64,000 nt of DNA from Amphiscolops sp. MND2022 (lineage: Eukaryota), in assembly GCA_964187785.1 (NCBI GenBank), contig OZ076409.1:27406001-27470000 (forward strand). Direction: 5' to 3'. Shown here piece after piece: positions 61,161 to 64,000 of the stretch. The first letter of the stretch is position 1. The number at the start of each line of letters is the position of its first letter. Under the pieces are notes generated by a model. The model ran no database searches. It worked only from the letters and a program-made list of their open reading frames with translations, and was not told where the DNA came from. The translations under genes and the position numbers were made by a program.

Positions 61161-64000
61161 TATTTTGCATCGAGAAAAATGCTTAGATTTGTTTTTCCAC
61201 AAAAGTTTGCTACGTAGCTGGCGAAAAAGTCGATCTTTTGATTAGAGAAGACACAACAAAAATTAACTGAAACAGAATTTTTGGGAAAATAAAATCTGAA
61301 GGTTTGATTGTTCAAGACCATGTTGTTTTTAATCGGCGCTGTTCTTCAGAAAAAAGAAATAGCATTTTCAGAAAATATTCATGGTTTTCCGTCAGTTTTG
61401 TTTTCGATACCACCTGAGCTGTGCAAATAGTTTTAACACAAATATATAAAGTTTGGCAAAAACCCTTTCGGCCATCTACATACTACATTTGAGCTGTAAA
61501 TCAGTATCCTTCAACACTAACGCAACCACTACCAGATTTAACAGAAACCTGATCTAACGAATTGCCGATATAGTGTATACCAGATATAACGCTTCTTATA
61601 GAACTTTAAATGTTACAAAAGGGTCCGTCCGGCATTTCGATTTCTAAGATATTTAGAGTTAATACAAAATCAATTGAAGCCAAAGGGTTACCCCTTTGGT
61701 TTTTTTTCGGTACAGTTAGACCTTTTGCTTTTTAACTTGATCGAACAGCTGTTTCATTTCTCAATTTTTTTTATCATAATTCAAGATTTATTGGCTCGAG
61801 CGGAGGGATACCATTTGACCAAATGAAAGTTTTGGCAAAACCGCACAGTTTTGTTCGGTTTTTCGAAACTTTCATTTGGTCAAAAGGTACCCTCCCGTTT
61901 TGGTAGCTGATTTCGGCTTGAGAAAAAGTAGTTTTCGAGCTCAAAGTTCTTTTTATTGGCACAGAGTTTTTTCCGAAAAAAATTTCGTTCACCAAAATTG
62001 GATTTTGTGTTCCCAGTTGGGGAAAATGTAGTTTCCAATTGTTATGTGTATCCTTCGGATGTTTTTCGGCACTGAGAAGTTGATAAAAGTTTAAAAAACA
62101 GTGTCTTTTGCATATTCAAGAGACATAGTTGTTACAACTACCTAGCGGAGTGTTATTTTGGGTAGTCAATTTAGTTTTTTATAGGGGTTGATGTAGGTGC
62201 AAGGATTGTGTTTTCAGACTTTTCTGACTTCGAGTTTTCTTATTTGAGTTGAGACAAGTAGTTTGAAAGAGTTTGAATTTCCAAAAGAAAATCGTTTAAA
62301 CAACGGTGTAAAACAGTGCAACAATGATCAATATTAACTTTGCTGATTTAATTTACAAAACCAACATATTTATACTTTTCTAGCATCATTTGTTCCTCAC
62401 CTAAATATTCCTAGGGATCATCAAAATAGATTTTGTTCACACAAAAACCCAGTTGATTCATACTATTTCAGTCCCGCGTCACGAAATCAGGTATCGAAAA
62501 TCCTAGTTGCGTCGTCCTTCCGTAACATTTGTTAGAATCATTTTTGTTCAAACGTTACACTTCCTGTTTGAACGTCAAAATGGCTGCAAAATGAGAGCCT
62601 GCTTGAAATTTTCATCGACGGAGGCACGCCGGCGTGATCAATTTAGCAAATTCCATATTGGGAATTCAAGTGCTAAAGACAAAAGTATGAGCAGCAAAAA
62701 TGACGGCGTATCTGAGACGGAGTAAATAATTTTGAGAGCGGAAACATTTGAATACTGGTGAGTAGGAACAAATGATGCCTGAATAACAGTTTCCAGTTAT
62801 TGCCATTATTTATAGCACGAACATAAAAGGACGTAAAAATATCTGAGCTAAACATACAATCACATAAAGACTAAAACAACGGAGACCTTTCGGTCAACAA
62901 ATTCCACACTTTGAAAAAAGCTAATCGAACATCGGGTAAAAACATAAACACGGTAATACTTCGATTGACAATTTCGAATCAATAGTATAAATGCAGAACA
63001 CTCAATTAAAACACTGGTATGAAGTTCATCTGAAAGGAAGCATCCATTCATAAGACGTTGTCCTTACGTTGCATTCTATTCTCAAAATCTTTGCACTCAT
63101 CAATTTTTGAGGAAATTTTATACTAAATTGTGCTCAATTCCCTAATTTTGTATTTACAATCGTAAAATTGCTCCGTTGTCGCTCCGTAAGTTTTAAAGTT
63201 AGGCATAGCTGTAATTTTCTCCGTAACTGCTCCGTACGTATTAAAGATAGGCATAGCTGAGCGGTGGCTTACGGAGGTATTACGGCAAGCTTAAAAATCA
63301 TTCCAATTCTCGTACTATTGACGTCACAAAAATTATTCCAAATAACAACACATTGCTAGCATAGCTGTCTTGATGACGTCACAAAAATCATTCCAATTAG
63401 TTCATCGAAGCAAATTTAATTGTAATCGCATTCAAAGCGATAACAGCCGGGAGCGGGCTGTGACAGGACCATTCGGAAAGGAACGATAGTTATATGCGGG
63501 TTTTTGTCATTTCACTTGTTTTTTTTTACATCTGTGGGGATTCGTAGTCTCCTGGGTTCAATACTTTCCTTAATTGATTCTTTGCAGGGCATTCCCATTA
63601 TTAGCAAAACCAATTTGCGGTTTTCTCCTGTGTTACACGAACGTTCTCCAATCGCGTTATTCCTAGATTTGTCTGCAGATTCTCCCTTGCCATTAAGCTT
63701 TGTGATTCTTACCTTAATGAAATGGCCAGTTTCATTATGCAAGTCACAACTTAGATTTTCTGGCGCGCCGATTTGGAATCATATTCACAAGTCCTGGATT
63801 TCTGTCCTTTCGCACAACGTCAGCTTCCCGTTCATGAAGATGTTCTCTCAATCGTTGCTCAGCGTTATACTGATCCGGGTAAAATTGCTACATCTCGTTC
63901 GAGCGAGATGTTTCCCCCCTTTTTTGGAGTAAAAGTGACAGAAATCTTGTCTTTCATTTCTTTCTGTACTGGCTCAATGATCTGTGGGTGTCTTACGGAA

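Noticed and set aside
63160..63960. Short repeats (TCCGTA, GGCATAGCTG, two TGACGTCAC) and overlapping ORFs at the window end
   Set aside because: May be the end of another element, but I could not define boundaries, a TSD or a protein motif.

Overview
Eukaryotic (animal-type, GT-AG intron) repeat-rich DNA dominated by three large minus-strand Ty3/Gypsy-type LTR elements. Element A (<1..13494) has a decayed gag-pol and its 3' end lies outside the window. Element B (16510..32168) is young and full length, with 932-bp LTRs and a GAGAT target-site duplication. Element C (36412..54801) has short LTRs and a decayed env with gB/chuvirus-like features. It sits inside a solo LTR related to A (35354..36411 + 54802..55209, TSD AATAC). 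The main unexpected system: A and B, although highly diverged, each carry an antisense, intron-containing gene downstream of pol that looks derived from a hAT transposase, with three introns at equivalent positions and phases. In both, gag starts inside the LTR and reads through the primer-binding site. The rest comprises MITEs, palindromes, an AT-rich dispersed repeat and a probable host gene for a secreted PAN/Apple-domain protein. All family assignments come from reading motifs by eye; no searches were run.
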